From positions 1-64,000 of the IMG/VR virus record IMGVR_UViG_3300036803_000040: DNA of 64,000 bases, one strand, 5' to 3'. The position numbers were made by a program, and so were the translations under genes. Shown here one piece after another: positions 51,313-61,306 of this stretch. Under the pieces are notes generated by a model. That model was not told the origin of the DNA and searched no databases. It was given only the letters and a program-made list of their open reading frames with translations. The stretch's first letter is position 1. Every line of letters begins with the position of its first letter. Origin of the DNA: a virus (taxonomy: Duplodnaviria > Caudoviricetes).

Positions 51313-53328
51313 TCAGAGGATGCCGACCCATGTCGCCGCCCCGGCGCCGCCAGCCACCGTGCATATGTACTCGCGCTGATTGGCGACCGTCGGCGTGTCG
51401 GTCCGGTGATACCGGGCGCCGAGCGTGCCCGGACAGACCGGGGCGCCGGTGCCGACCACCGGCTGCAGATCCCACGTGTTGCCCAGAACCGCCGTAGTCT
51501 GCATGTAGGTGAGCGGGCGCGTCACGTTGGCGCCGTTGCGGATCTGCGCGACGGTGATCGTCGAGCCCGGCGCATACTGGCCGGCCGGCGCCGTGAAGGT
51601 GCTCACGATCGATGCGCGGACGAACGGGCCCGGATTGCCATTCCAGCCCGTGACCGGCGTGATGATCGCCGTGTTCTGGCAGTAGTAGCTGTTATCGAGG
51701 ATCGTGTAGTTGCTCGCGTCCCCGCCGTTCGTGCTGACCAGCGCGCCCATCGTCGAGTTTGTGTACCCCCACGGACTGTTCGACGCGCCCTGATCGTCGA
51801 TCGCCGTGTTTCTTGAGACGGTGCTGTTGACCACCCGGTTCGTGCCGGCCACGCTCGCGCTCGTCGTCACCGAGATCACAGCCGCGCCGGCCGCGGGGAA
51901 CAGGCCCGAGTCGCGGATCGTGTTATCGGTGATCTTCAGCCCGTCGATCGAGTAGGCGATCACCGAGATCCCCGAGTAGAGCGCACCGGTGATGTTGTTG
52001 CGAGCGATCGTCCAGTCCTTCGCGAGCACGGTGCTCGTGCCGCCCATCTGCAGCGAGATATGGGCCGAGTAGCCGCCCGTCGCGCCCGACCACGCGAACG
52101 TGTTGAGCGCCGTGTTATTCGGCGTCGTGCCGATGTCATTGTCGGTGATCGACAGCCGGCTCATCGAACCCGTCTGGACGGACGGGCCGAACCAGATCCC
52201 GGCGATCACCAGCCCCGCGCCCGTGTTCACATTCCAGATCGACGGGTCGACGGTGATCACATTGTCGTGGATCTTCACGTCGTCGAGCCCGTAGTAGTTG
52301 CCGCCCGAGAGCGTGTACGGGCCGAGCTCGATCCCGACCGCGCAATGCTGGAAATCGTTGTCGTGCCAATGGACGCCGACCGAGTTATAAGACCCGGCCG
52401 AGTCACGGTCCTGCCAACTATTGCTCGAGGCACCCAGGAAGCCGCCGAACTGCAGACCGAACGCCCGATTGTCGTGCACGTGCGCCGCGGAGCCGTGCGT
52501 CTCGATCGCTGTCCGAGCTCCGTAGTTCGTCACATAGGCCGGCGTGACGCCGCCCAGCAGCGTCGGCTCCCCGCCCGGATTGCCCTGCCAGAACGTGTTG
52601 TGATGGATGCTCATCCCCACCGCGTCGAGGTAGATGCACGAGAAGTCGTGCTTCTGCGCGGCGATCGTGTTCCCGAGATTGTCGAACTGGCAGTAGCTCA
52701 CCTCGACGTCGGACGAGTTGCCCACATTGTCCGACGAGCCGCTGACCACCCAGACCGAATCGAAGTTCGTGAACCGCAGCCCCTTGACCTTCTGATGCGA
52801 ACCGATCCCCAGCCCGATCGCCTCGCACGCCGCCCCGCCGGCGGCAGGCACCACGCCCGCGGCGATCCGCGCCGCCGAGTTACCGTCGATCGTGCCGCCC
52901 CCGTGATAGAGCTCGCCGCTCATGTCGGTGTTCACGCCCACCGGCCCGAAAATCTGACTGAACGCCGTCGTCGACGTCTTCACGCGCAGCGTCGCGCCCT
53001 TCTGGATCTCGACCTCAATCCCGCCGTTGAGCGTGATCAGCGTCTTACTCGTCCCCGAGCTGTTGGTCACCGCCGGGTTGACGAGATAGATCGCCTTAGA
53101 GATCCCGATCCAGCCGGGGAAAAACAGCTTGCCGTTGACCGCCGTCGCAGCGTCCGCGGCTGCTTGGATCGCGGCCGTGTCATCCGTCACACCATCGCCG
53201 AGCGCCCCCGAGCTGCACACGTCGAACACGCGCGCCGTGGCCCGCTGCATCGCCGCGGGGAACTGCACGCCGGCGCCGGTGAGATCGATGCCGCCCTTCG
53301 GCCAAATCTTCTCGAGAAACGTCCTCAC
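51313..53328 (-). CDS. Beta-helix (pectate lyase 3-like) depolymerase/spike
   Basis: FDVCSSGALGDGVTDDTAAIQAA; Asn-ladder repeats. Confidence 0.8.
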   Translation of the reverse strand: MRTFLEKIWPKGGIDLTGAGVQFPAAMQRATARVFDVCSSGALGDGVTDDTAAIQAAADAATAVNGKLFFPGWIGISKAIYLVNPAVTNSSGTSKTLITLNGGIEVEIQKGATLRVKTSTTAFSQIFGPVGVNTDMSGELYHGGGTIDGNSAARIAAGVVPAAGGAACEAIGLGIGSHQKVKGLRFTNFDSVWVVSGSSDNVGNSSDVEVSYCQFDNLGNTIAAQKHDFSCIYLDAVGMSIHHNTFWQGNPGGEPTLLGGVTPAYVTNYGARTAIETHGSAAHVHDNRAFGLQFGGFLGASSNSWQDRDSAGSYNSVGVHWHDNDFQHCAVGIELGPYTLSGGNYYGLDDVKIHDNVITVDPSIWNVNTGAGLVIAGIWFGPSVQTGSMSRLSITDNDIGTTPNNTALNTFAWSGATGGYSAHISLQMGGTSTVLAKDWTIARNNITGALYSGISVIAYSIDGLKITDNTIRDSGLFPAAGAAVISVTTSASVAGTNRVVNSTVSRNTAIDDQGASNSPWGYTNSTMGALVSTNGGDASNYTILDNSYYCQNTAIITPVTGWNGNPGPFVRASIVSTFTAPAGQYAPGSTITVAQIRNGANVTRPLTYMQTTAVLGNTWDLQPVVGTGAPVCPGTLGARYHRTDTPTVANQREYICTVAGGAGAATWVGIL

Positions 53329-53341
53329 GCGACTCTCCTCA

Positions 53342-55804
53342 TCAGACCGCCGCCCCGGTGGCGTCTACCCAGCCGGTGTTCGCCGTGTTCACCCAGATCG
53401 GCTTGTTCAGGGTCGTGTCAAAGAAACTCAGCCCCGGCCCTGTGTTCGATCCCAAGGCGGGGCGAGCTCCCGTCGCGCCGGACCCGGTGCGCATGCTCCG
53501 GGTGCCGTTCATCACGAGATGCCCGGATGAATTGATCCGCATCAGCTCAGTCGACGCGGCCGGCGACCCGGAGAAAAAGATGTGCTGCGGGTTGACGGCC
53601 GCGTAGTAGTTCAGGACGTTCGCCGACACGAGGCTCGCGCTCGTGGTCCCGAACGTGATTCTGGGCCCGAACGTCGGGGAGTAATCGTCCGTCGAGTTAG
53701 CCCCGCCGCCGGTCTGCACGTAGTACGGGTTGGTCAGGTTCGTGGCCACGCCGCGCTTGACGTTGAAGTTAGAGGCCGAGTCCTCATAGACCGCGCCCTG
53801 ACAGGCGCCCGTCCCGTCAATGCAGACCGGGCCGCTGACCGAGCATCGGGTGCTGACGGTCAGGAAGATCGGCGCGGTCTGATCGTTGTGCTGGACAGCG
53901 GAGGCCGCGATCCCGTAGACGCCGCCAGACACGCTGACGCTCGTGCTGCCGGTGATCAGCAGCGCCCGCGTCGTCGCGAACGGCGCGATGTTGCCGTTGA
54001 GCGCCACGCCGGTGCCCTTGACGATGAACGGGCTCGGGCAGGCGTCGAGCGTGACGTTGCCGGCGATGATCCCGCCGGTGGCGTTGGCGCCCGTCGTCGG
54101 CGAGCAGTTGACCATGCCGGCACCCAGGCCCGACCCGACGTTGCCCTCGAGCACGAAATCGGTGAACGTGTCGCCGGCGCCGTTGGCTTCCAAGTCGATC
54201 GCGAACGAGCCGATCGTCTTGAATCGGCACATGGCGACCCGGAGGTTGCTGACCCTGATGATCGCGAGCCCCATGCGAGCGTTCGTGTCGGTGTCGCCGA
54301 CCACGGATGCGCCGCAGTCATCGAATACGCAATGCGTGAACTCGACATCATCGGGCGCGCCGTTCGTGGCGTTGAGGTAGGCCCCGTCGCCGCGGAAGTT
54401 GTAGAACCGGCACCGGTTGACCTTCAGCCGCGCGATCGCGTTCGCAGTCGACAGCCACAGCGCAGCGATGTCCTCCGACGCGCCGTGATTCCCGTTGCGC
54501 TTGTTGCCGTCGAACGTGATCCCCTCAAAGCTCAGATCGGTCGCGGCATCGGACGGGATGAACAGGTAATAGACGGCGTTGCCCGTCGCGGTGTTGGGCG
54601 CCATCGTGATCGTCGTGTTGCCCATCCCCTCGCCGGTGACTCGAGTGCCCGACGGCAGCGCCGGCAGCACGCTCGGAGTCACCACGAAGTTGCCGCGGCC
54701 AAAGTTGAGCGTGGCGCCGCCGGCGGGAAGCGCGTTGATCGCGGCCGTGATCGCCGTCGTGGCGTTACTGCCGTCGCCGGCAGCGCCCCACGCCTTGACG
54801 CTGACGCTCGGCGCGTCGGTGTACTTGAGCGTCCCGTCTGAGCGGACAACGACCTGCTGGCCGGCGCTGCCGACCGCGAGCCGCGCCCACGTGCCCCCAG
54901 AGCGCACGAGAATGTCCTGATCGGCCACGCCCCGCGCGTCGGTGACCACGCCGGCGTTGAGCTCGGCGAGCGGCTGATGCCCGGTCGCGTCCAGCGAGCC
55001 GACACCGTTCGCGGCTCCGCGCGACAGCGGCCCGATATACACCGACGGGTTGCCGGTGATGTTCACCGTGTAGGCGTTCAGCGCCGGCGGCGAGCTCACC
55101 CACGCTTCCGCCGAGAGCGTGATGTGATTCGCGTCGGTGTAGACGACATCACAGTCTTCCTGCGCCAGCGTCGTGTTGTTGATCAGCGTCGCCTTGACGT
55201 ACTGAACGCCGAGCCCGTGATTGACCACGAACGACGACGAGGCCCCGTCCCCGATCTGCGCCGTTGACACGCCGCCCGTCGAGCCGAGCGTCGGGATCTG
55301 CGCCGCCGGGATCTTCGACGTGCCATCCAGTGACGCGACGCCGTTCGCCGCAGCTCGAGCCGCGGCCAGCACCGCCGCCGCAGTCCCCGCCGGCTCACCC
55401 CCAAGATCCGCCGCGGCGACACCCGACGCGATTATCGCCGCCTTCGTCGGCGCTGACGTCGGATCGTTCGCCGACCCGGCCGCGATCGTCCGCGGCGTGA
55501 CCAGCCCCCCGCCGCTGACCACGATGTCGAGCTCCTGCGGCTGCCCGACAAACACCGGGTTCTGCGCCGTGTCGACCACCTGGCCATCAGCATTGGTCTG
55601 CAACGGCTGCGCCACCGGCGCGCCCGAGCCCGTCGAGTTTTCAAAGCAGTCCGCGTGCGTCGTCGTGCCACGCTCATACACGTGCACCGTCGCCCCGACC
55701 GCCGGCACCAGCACCCGCTGCGCCGCCGAATACCCCGGCAGGAACAGCGACGTCGAGCCGAGAACAGCTCCGCCGACGAGCTCGTCTACGGGGACGTAAT
55801 ACAT
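53342..55804 (-). CDS. Fibre/spike protein with beta-helix depolymerase domain
   Basis: ANGVASLD repeats; VKAWGAAGDG...TAITAAINAL; C-terminal FFDTTLNKPIW...WVDATG. Confidence 0.8.
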   Translation of the reverse strand: MYYVPVDELVGGAVLGSTSLFLPGYSAAQRVLVPAVGATVHVYERGTTTHADCFENSTGSGAPVAQPLQTNADGQVVDTAQNPVFVGQPQELDIVVSGGGLVTPRTIAAGSANDPTSAPTKAAIIASGVAAADLGGEPAGTAAAVLAAARAAANGVASLDGTSKIPAAQIPTLGSTGGVSTAQIGDGASSSFVVNHGLGVQYVKATLINNTTLAQEDCDVVYTDANHITLSAEAWVSSPPALNAYTVNITGNPSVYIGPLSRGAANGVGSLDATGHQPLAELNAGVVTDARGVADQDILVRSGGTWARLAVGSAGQQVVVRSDGTLKYTDAPSVSVKAWGAAGDGSNATTAITAAINALPAGGATLNFGRGNFVVTPSVLPALPSGTRVTGEGMGNTTITMAPNTATGNAVYYLFIPSDAATDLSFEGITFDGNKRNGNHGASEDIAALWLSTANAIARLKVNRCRFYNFRGDGAYLNATNGAPDDVEFTHCVFDDCGASVVGDTDTNARMGLAIIRVSNLRVAMCRFKTIGSFAIDLEANGAGDTFTDFVLEGNVGSGLGAGMVNCSPTTGANATGGIIAGNVTLDACPSPFIVKGTGVALNGNIAPFATTRALLITGSTSVSVSGGVYGIAASAVQHNDQTAPIFLTVSTRCSVSGPVCIDGTGACQGAVYEDSASNFNVKRGVATNLTNPYYVQTGGGANSTDDYSPTFGPRITFGTTSASLVSANVLNYYAAVNPQHIFFSGSPAASTELMRINSSGHLVMNGTRSMRTGSGATGARPALGSNTGPGLSFFDTTLNKPIWVNTANTGWVDATGAAV

Positions 55805-55811
55805 GGCGCGC

Positions 55812-56105
55812 TTACTCCGCGCGCTGCACGCTGTACTTCGGCGTCCCGGCTGAGATCAACGACACCTTGCGCTGCCCCACGGGAAAGCTCTGAGAGCCCG
55901 CAGCGCCCGCCTCGAGCTCATAGCAGTCGCCCCCGTTGACGGTCGCCTCGTTCCCATCCGTGCACACGAACACCGCCGCTGTCCCGTCCGTCCAGACGGT
56001 CACCCGCCCGACCTCATCCACGAACACGACGTCATCCGCCACGTTCGCGACCAACACCTTGTCGTGCGCTGCGAGCTGACCGCGCGGGACGTTGTAGACC
56101 GCCAT
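55812..56105 (-). CDS. Small putative virion protein
   Basis: Beta-rich 97 aa in head module. Confidence 0.55.
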   Translation of the reverse strand: MAVYNVPRGQLAAHDKVLVANVADDVVFVDEVGRVTVWTDGTAAVFVCTDGNEATVNGGDCYELEAGAAGSQSFPVGQRKVSLISAGTPKYSVQRAE

Positions 56106-56117
56106 GCCCCGCGGCGC

Positions 56118-57098
56118 TCAGCTGCCCGAGCCGAGCGACTCCTCGCCGGCGCCCACGACCGTCTTGCGGTTCGCGTGCGTGCGCTCGTAGTCAAGGATCG
56201 CCTGGCGCTCCTCGGCGGTGCGATCCTCATGCTTGAGGTGAGCCGCGACCTGATCGGCCTTCAGCTCGTCATAGCCCTCGAACGGAGGATCCTGCGACGC
56301 CACGTTGTCGCCGGGAGGATCAGCCTCGCCGCCCTCGCCGGCCTGGCCGGGTGACGTTGCGAGATCCGCCTCGAGGCCACCGGTCGGCACCTCGCCGGCG
56401 CCCAAGTTCTGCACCGCGCGCAGCTGGACGAGCTCGTCGCGCATCTCCTGATTGGCGCGGCGGAGCTGCTCGAGCTCGTCGTTGCGCTCCTCACCGGAGC
56501 GCGTGTCCGGCTCGCCCTCGCCGTCGCCGGCGCTGACAGCATCGTCGGCGCCTCCGCGGCCCTCAGCGGCCTTGCGCAGCGCAGCGATCTCTCGCCGCGC
56601 CTCGGTCAGCTGCCGGCGCTGAATCTCGGCCTGCGTGCCCTCGGTGTCGAACGCGACCACGCCGCGGTCCTTCATCGTCTTGATCTGCGACAGCCGCGAG
56701 CCGTTGTCGTAGCTGTCGGGCAGCACGTCCGCGTTGTACGGCGCGTGCCACTTCGCGACCCGGCCGGACGGCAGCCGGTAGCTGAACGTGAGGATCTGCT
56801 GACCGGCGAGATGATCGCCGCGCACCGCGGCCGACACGACCACCGCCCCCTCGGGGACGAGCGGGTCGCCGTTCTCGCGCTTCAGCCCGTCGAGGTACTC
56901 GCGCACCTCGTCGATGTCGATCCCGAGCGTGCGCTCGTCATCGCGCGGCCGTGACAGCGCCCGACGCAGCCCCGGAGGGTTCATCTGCGTGTGCAGCCGG
57001 ATCAGCTGCCGTGCGCTGTTGGACTGCGAGACAGTCCCGAACTGAGAAGTGGAGTCGGGATCCAGCGGGCCGACCTTGACACCCGGAAGCGCGCTCAT
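56118..57098 (-). CDS. Head-module protein with C-terminal small helical domain
   Basis: PPFEGYDELKADQV...ILDYERTHANRKTV. Confidence 0.6.
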   Translation of the reverse strand: MSALPGVKVGPLDPDSTSQFGTVSQSNSARQLIRLHTQMNPPGLRRALSRPRDDERTLGIDIDEVREYLDGLKRENGDPLVPEGAVVVSAAVRGDHLAGQQILTFSYRLPSGRVAKWHAPYNADVLPDSYDNGSRLSQIKTMKDRGVVAFDTEGTQAEIQRRQLTEARREIAALRKAAEGRGGADDAVSAGDGEGEPDTRSGEERNDELEQLRRANQEMRDELVQLRAVQNLGAGEVPTGGLEADLATSPGQAGEGGEADPPGDNVASQDPPFEGYDELKADQVAAHLKHEDRTAEERQAILDYERTHANRKTVVGAGEESLGSGS

Positions 57099-57101
57099 GG
57101 C

Positions 57102-58229
57102 TTACGCCCTCGAGGCCAGGAAGCAGGCCCGCGGATCGCCCTGCGCGCACCCGAACACGTGCCGGATCTTGTGCGGCAGCTCGTCGAAGTCGAGCGTGTA
57201 CGGATCATCCGCACCCCCGCCGACCGACTCGATCTGCGACCGCATCATGCCGATGAACGGCTCGCGCTGATCACGCAGGAACGCGATCACGAACGCGGGC
57301 CGGCTGACATCGGCGAACAGGCGCCAGTCGTTCGGATCCTGCAGGTAGGGCTCGACGATCACATCGCCGGGCAGCAGCTCGTCGCCGGCCAGAGCGTTGA
57401 GCGTGCCCTTCTCGAGCGTCGACCCGGCCGGGTTGGTCACCTGCACACCCGTCTCCTGAGAGCGCATGATCCGCTTGAAATTCAGGCGGACACGCTCGGA
57501 GCGGGTCAGGATGTTCGCCGGCGTGATGTCGATCGGGAAGCCCTCGGTGTCGGTCGTCGAGCGCATCTGCTCGATGATCGAAACGAGGTTGTCCTCGGTC
57601 GGCTCCGCGGCGGCACCGGTGAACAGGTTGCCGGAAGGCAGCCCCGTCCGCGGCGTGGCCGTGAAGAACGGCAGACCGTCGATCCAGTTGGCGTTCGTCT
57701 CGACGATCGCCGTGGCGACCTGCGACACGTAGGCGGCGCTCATCCGACCGAGCTCGGTCGGCGTGCGGTTCAGGATCAGGTTCACGTCATCGTTCACGAC
57801 CATCTCGAACGTGACCGAGTACACGCCGCCGTGCTTGCCGACGGAGAAAGGCGGGCCCATCTCCTCCGAGCTGCGGATCCGCGGGTACTCGTCGAACTCC
57901 TGCACCGGCCCCATCCCGGTCAGCCCGTTGAGCTGCGAGACGGTGTGCACACGGAAGTCCTCCGCGCGCTCGAGGCCGAGATACTGATCCCAGACCGCGG
58001 CGCGGCGCTGGAATGCCTGCCGCATCCGGTGACGGATGACGGTCAGCATGAAAATCGGGAAGTCGGCACGACCCTCGGGAGAGCCGGTGCCCTCCTCGAG
58101 CGCGTCCTCGAAGTCCTCGGACTCCGCCAGGGCGCGCTGAGCATCGTCGTCGTCGCGCCACGACTCGTACATCTCGAAGAGCTCGAGGTGCTTGCCCCAA
58201 ACTCCGTAGCGGCCTGAGCGACGACGCAT
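57102..58229 (-). CDS. Major capsid protein (HK97 fold, Mu gpT-like)
   Basis: PVQEFDEY...GKHGGVYSVTFEMVVNDD...LGRMSA...; IVEPYL...W.L.AD; IRHVFG. Confidence 0.88.
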   Translation of the reverse strand: MRRRSGRYGVWGKHLELFEMYESWRDDDDAQRALAESEDFEDALEEGTGSPEGRADFPIFMLTVIRHRMRQAFQRRAAVWDQYLGLERAEDFRVHTVSQLNGLTGMGPVQEFDEYPRIRSSEEMGPPFSVGKHGGVYSVTFEMVVNDDVNLILNRTPTELGRMSAAYVSQVATAIVETNANWIDGLPFFTATPRTGLPSGNLFTGAAAEPTEDNLVSIIEQMRSTTDTEGFPIDITPANILTRSERVRLNFKRIMRSQETGVQVTNPAGSTLEKGTLNALAGDELLPGDVIVEPYLQDPNDWRLFADVSRPAFVIAFLRDQREPFIGMMRSQIESVGGGADDPYTLDFDELPHKIRHVFGCAQGDPRACFLASRA

Positions 58230-58642
58230 TAGAACGAGCTCCTGAGATCGAGGTTGACCAGCGCTCGGCCGTGTGTCGTGTCGATCGAGTCGATGACACC
58301 GAACCGCTGGAATCCGGCGTTCAGCACGCCGCCCGTGAGCGCGGTCGCCGCGAGCACGAGCGCGTTGTCCGACGCGCGGATATAGAGCGGCGTGCCGGCC
58401 ACAGCGCCACCGGGAAGCAGCGACGTCGCGACCTCGTGCTTGCCGGCGAGCATGATGATGAACGGCTCGCTGATCGCGATCTGCTGCGCGATCGCGGCGT
58501 TCGCCACGGACGGGACCATCGGCGCGACCTGCTGCGACTTCGCGGCGATGCCCGGATGATTGAGCTCGACGGCGGGAGCGCCGTGAGTCGTCGCCTTCGT
58601 GGCTACTGCTTCGTAGCGCCGGCCGGGAGCCTCAAGCGGCAT
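58229..58642 (-). CDS. Capsid decoration/cement protein
   Basis: Between protease and MCP; DUF2190-like pattern. Confidence 0.65.
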   Translation of the reverse strand: MPLEAPGRRYEAVATKATTHGAPAVELNHPGIAAKSQQVAPMVPSVANAAIAQQIAISEPFIIMLAGKHEVATSLLPGGAVAGTPLYIRASDNALVLAATALTGGVLNAGFQRFGVIDSIDTTHGRALVNLDLRSSF

Positions 58643-58643
58643 G

Positions 58644-60155
58644 TCAGCCCTCCACCTTTCCGCCGAATGCTTCCACGGCCTTGTCCTCGGACTCGGCGAG
58701 CCCCATGTTCACGAACCGCTGACGCCAGTACGGCTGCGCCTTGCGGCGAGTGCTGGCGGTGCGGGTACGGTCCTCGCCGGCGTCGGAGCGCTTGGCGCCC
58801 TCGCCCTTGACCCGCGGCTTGCCGGTCGCCTCCGCGATCAGGTCACGGACGTGATCGAGATCAGCCTCGACGCGCGCCTCGAGCACCTGCTGAGCGGTGA
58901 GCTCCTTGCCGTCCGCGTCGCGCTGCTCGCTCTCGGCGATCTGCAGCGAAGCGGGAGGCCCTTCGGGAAGCATGGAGTAGCGCGCCTGCAGATCGACCTT
59001 CCACTTCGGCGGGATGCCGACGGCCGACTCGATCAGCCGGTGCGCGATGGTGCTGAGCTCGCGCTGCTCATCGCGCTCGGCGATGGTGCGCTCGGTCTGC
59101 TCGCGCAGCCGCTGCTCAAACTCTTCGACGGTCGGCATGTCGGAGCTGGACTCCTGCATGATCCGACGGACGTCAGCCTCAGTGAGCCCTTCCTTCATGT
59201 CGTCCGCATCTCCGTCGTCGTCGTTCTTCTTGGCGCCGCGCTTCCGCTTGACCTCTTCGCCGGCGCTGCCGGCGCCGCTGTCGCTCGACTCAGCAAGCGC
59301 GGGCAGCAGATGCGGAGCGTGCTCCTGCATCCACTCGCGGAGCTCGTCAGGCTTTGTGGGAAGCGCGATATCACTCATGTGCGGCGAAGCGTAAAGCGAC
59401 TCCGCGAGCGATACCACTAGCCGCACGTCGTCGCTGCTCCACTCGCCCACTTCGGGCCACGCGCCCTCTTCCTCGAGGCCCTCCGCGATCAGCAGTTTCC
59501 CGCCCGCGCCGCCACGCACCACGTAGTCGACCGAGCCCTGCGGCTGCCGGCGGATCCCCTCGATGATCATGCCCTTCTGGCCGGCGCGCCACGGCACCGG
59601 GCCCGGCTTGCCCGACGTCGGCCACGCGTTGATCGACGTGTGCAACAGGTTCGGGTTCTCGCCCACCGTCTTACGGACCAGCGGCGTCGCCCAAACCTCA
59701 GCGATCACGCCGCCCTTCTGATAGCCGTAGTTGGCGTCATCCTCCTGCACGAAATCGCGATCCCAGCCGCCCTTGAGCACTTGGCCACCGAGCTCGCGGA
59801 CGCTGCGGCCGTACTTCGCGAGCGTCTTGGCGAGCTCGGGCGGAGCGTGATCGAGAAACATCGGCCAGCCGTTGAAGACGCCGGCGTTGCTCTCGAGCAT
59901 CCGCGGCGTGTAGACCGGCGACAGACCACGCACCCGCCGGCCGCGGCTCATGCACGGCCGGATCGTGACCATCTTGCCGACGCCCTGATCGTCGAACACT
60001 TTGCCGAGCTTGGGCCGGCCTGCCGCCACGGCGATCGGAGCTCGGCGCTCCTGCACCCATGTCGGCGTCCAGACCTGCGCCTCGACGCACGGCCCGAACG
60101 TGAGGATCTCCTCGGCGCTCAGCGCCTCCTGCAGCTCGTCGTCCTCGTCGGCCAC
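58644..60155 (-). CDS. Prohead protease/scaffold fusion
   Basis: MFLDH...RSVRELGG...TSINA...SVDYVVRGGAGG; acidic helical C-terminal half. Confidence 0.8.
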   Translation of the reverse strand: MADEDDELQEALSAEEILTFGPCVEAQVWTPTWVQERRAPIAVAAGRPKLGKVFDDQGVGKMVTIRPCMSRGRRVRGLSPVYTPRMLESNAGVFNGWPMFLDHAPPELAKTLAKYGRSVRELGGQVLKGGWDRDFVQEDDANYGYQKGGVIAEVWATPLVRKTVGENPNLLHTSINAWPTSGKPGPVPWRAGQKGMIIEGIRRQPQGSVDYVVRGGAGGKLLIAEGLEEEGAWPEVGEWSSDDVRLVVSLAESLYASPHMSDIALPTKPDELREWMQEHAPHLLPALAESSDSGAGSAGEEVKRKRGAKKNDDDGDADDMKEGLTEADVRRIMQESSSDMPTVEEFEQRLREQTERTIAERDEQRELSTIAHRLIESAVGIPPKWKVDLQARYSMLPEGPPASLQIAESEQRDADGKELTAQQVLEARVEADLDHVRDLIAEATGKPRVKGEGAKRSDAGEDRTRTASTRRKAQPYWRQRFVNMGLAESEDKAVEAFGGKVEG

Positions 60156-60159
60156 GGGA

Positions 60160-60576
60160 TCAGTAGTAGGGGAGCTTGCGGTCGGTGCCGTTGATCCGCA
60201 CCGTCACGTAGCCCGCCGGCGTCGCCGGCAGAGCCGAGCCGCCACCCGCGGCCGGCGCCGCGGTCTGAGACGCGCCCGTGAGCGCCGTCTCCGCTTGGCT
60301 CGGCGTCTGATTGACGTCCTGCAGCAGCCCGCGGACGGTGTTCTCCGACACGCCGAGCAGGTTCGCCACCTCTGACACCGGATGCCCGGCATAGGCCAGG
60401 TCGACGGCCCGCTGATTGAGCGTGCCCGGCGCGGTCAACCCGGCCGCGACATTGGAGAGGTTCTGCAGCGCGCCCCGGATTGTGTTCTCGGACACGCCCA
60501 TCAGGTTTGCGATCTCGGAGATCCCGTGCCCGCCGTGCGCCAGATCCACGATCCGCTGAGTTTGTGTAGTCGCCAT
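60160..60576 (-). CDS. Tandem HTH protein with virion-like C-terminus
   Basis: ISEIANLMGVSENTIR / VSEVANLLGVSENTVR; PAGYVTVRINGTDRKLPYY. Confidence 0.7.
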   Translation of the reverse strand: MATTQTQRIVDLAHGGHGISEIANLMGVSENTIRGALQNLSNVAAGLTAPGTLNQRAVDLAYAGHPVSEVANLLGVSENTVRGLLQDVNQTPSQAETALTGASQTAAPAAGGGSALPATPAGYVTVRINGTDRKLPYY

Positions 60577-60577
60577 G

Positions 60578-60613
60578 CGCCACAGCCTAAGCCCGGTCGC
60601 CGGCGCATACCCC
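60578..60613 (-). promoter_or_regulatory. Late-class leaderless promoter GGGGTAT-N16-TTAGGCTGTGGCG-c-ATG
   Basis: Head of the capsid operon; identical blocks to 35443. Confidence 0.72.
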
Positions 60614-60620
60614 TAGAACG

Positions 60621-60685
60621 AACGACGGCGCCCCCGTGAGGGAGCGCCGCCGTTGGCTGAAACCCGGTAGGAAAGAAATCCTACC
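60621..60685 (-). terminator. Two hairpins after the Rpf-like gene
   Basis: aacgacggcgc/gcgccgccgtt (60621-60654) and ggtagga/tcctacc (60666-60685). Confidence 0.6.
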
Positions 60686-60688
60686 CCG

Positions 60689-61246
60689 TCAGCAGCCGTC
60701 GTATGGCGCCCACGGCTGAGCGCCGCGATCGGCGTACATCCGCGAGAACGCCTGCTTCTGCTCGGCCAGGCTGCCCTGACCGCCGGGCCCTTGGATCCCG
60801 TAGATGTTCGACGAGCCGGCACCGTTGGTCGACTCGCGCATGGCGACACACTGCGCGAACGAGCTCGGCACTCCCGGCACGCTGCCATAGCCGCCGGCGC
60901 TCGAGCTCGGCGTGTAACTCGCCGACGACGCGGCCGGCGCGGAATATGACGAGCTCGGCGTTGGCGTTGAGATCGCCGCCGGCGCTACTACGGGCGCCGG
61001 CGGTGGCGCGAGCATCCGCTCGAGCACATGCGTCGACGCGACCACCTGTGCATCCGTGGCCGGGCCCTTCGCGGTGCCATCCTTGACGATGTTGCGGCCC
61101 GGAGCCTGCGCCCCGAGCTTCGCTACCACGTGCCGGCGCACGTAGGAATACACGCCACGGTGGCGTGCTGTCGGCGCCTTAGCCTGCGCCGCTGCCGGAA
61201 ACACGACGGCCAGCAGAGCGGCCATCATCATCAGTCGTCGTTTCAT
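60689..61246 (-). CDS. Secreted resuscitation-promoting-factor-like transglycosylase
   Basis: Signal peptide MKRRLMMMAALLAVVFPAAAQA; Ser/Ala/Pro linker; CVAMREST...YGI...AEQKQAFSRMYADRGAQPW...C. Confidence 0.72.
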   Translation of the reverse strand: MKRRLMMMAALLAVVFPAAAQAKAPTARHRGVYSYVRRHVVAKLGAQAPGRNIVKDGTAKGPATDAQVVASTHVLERMLAPPPAPVVAPAAISTPTPSSSYSAPAASSASYTPSSSAGGYGSVPGVPSSFAQCVAMRESTNGAGSSNIYGIQGPGGQGSLAEQKQAFSRMYADRGAQPWAPYDGC

Positions 61247-61306
61247 CGGTAGACCTCCTGAAACGCGTAGAGCCGACGCTGCGATAACTCAGCGCCGGCA
61301 ATTTGC

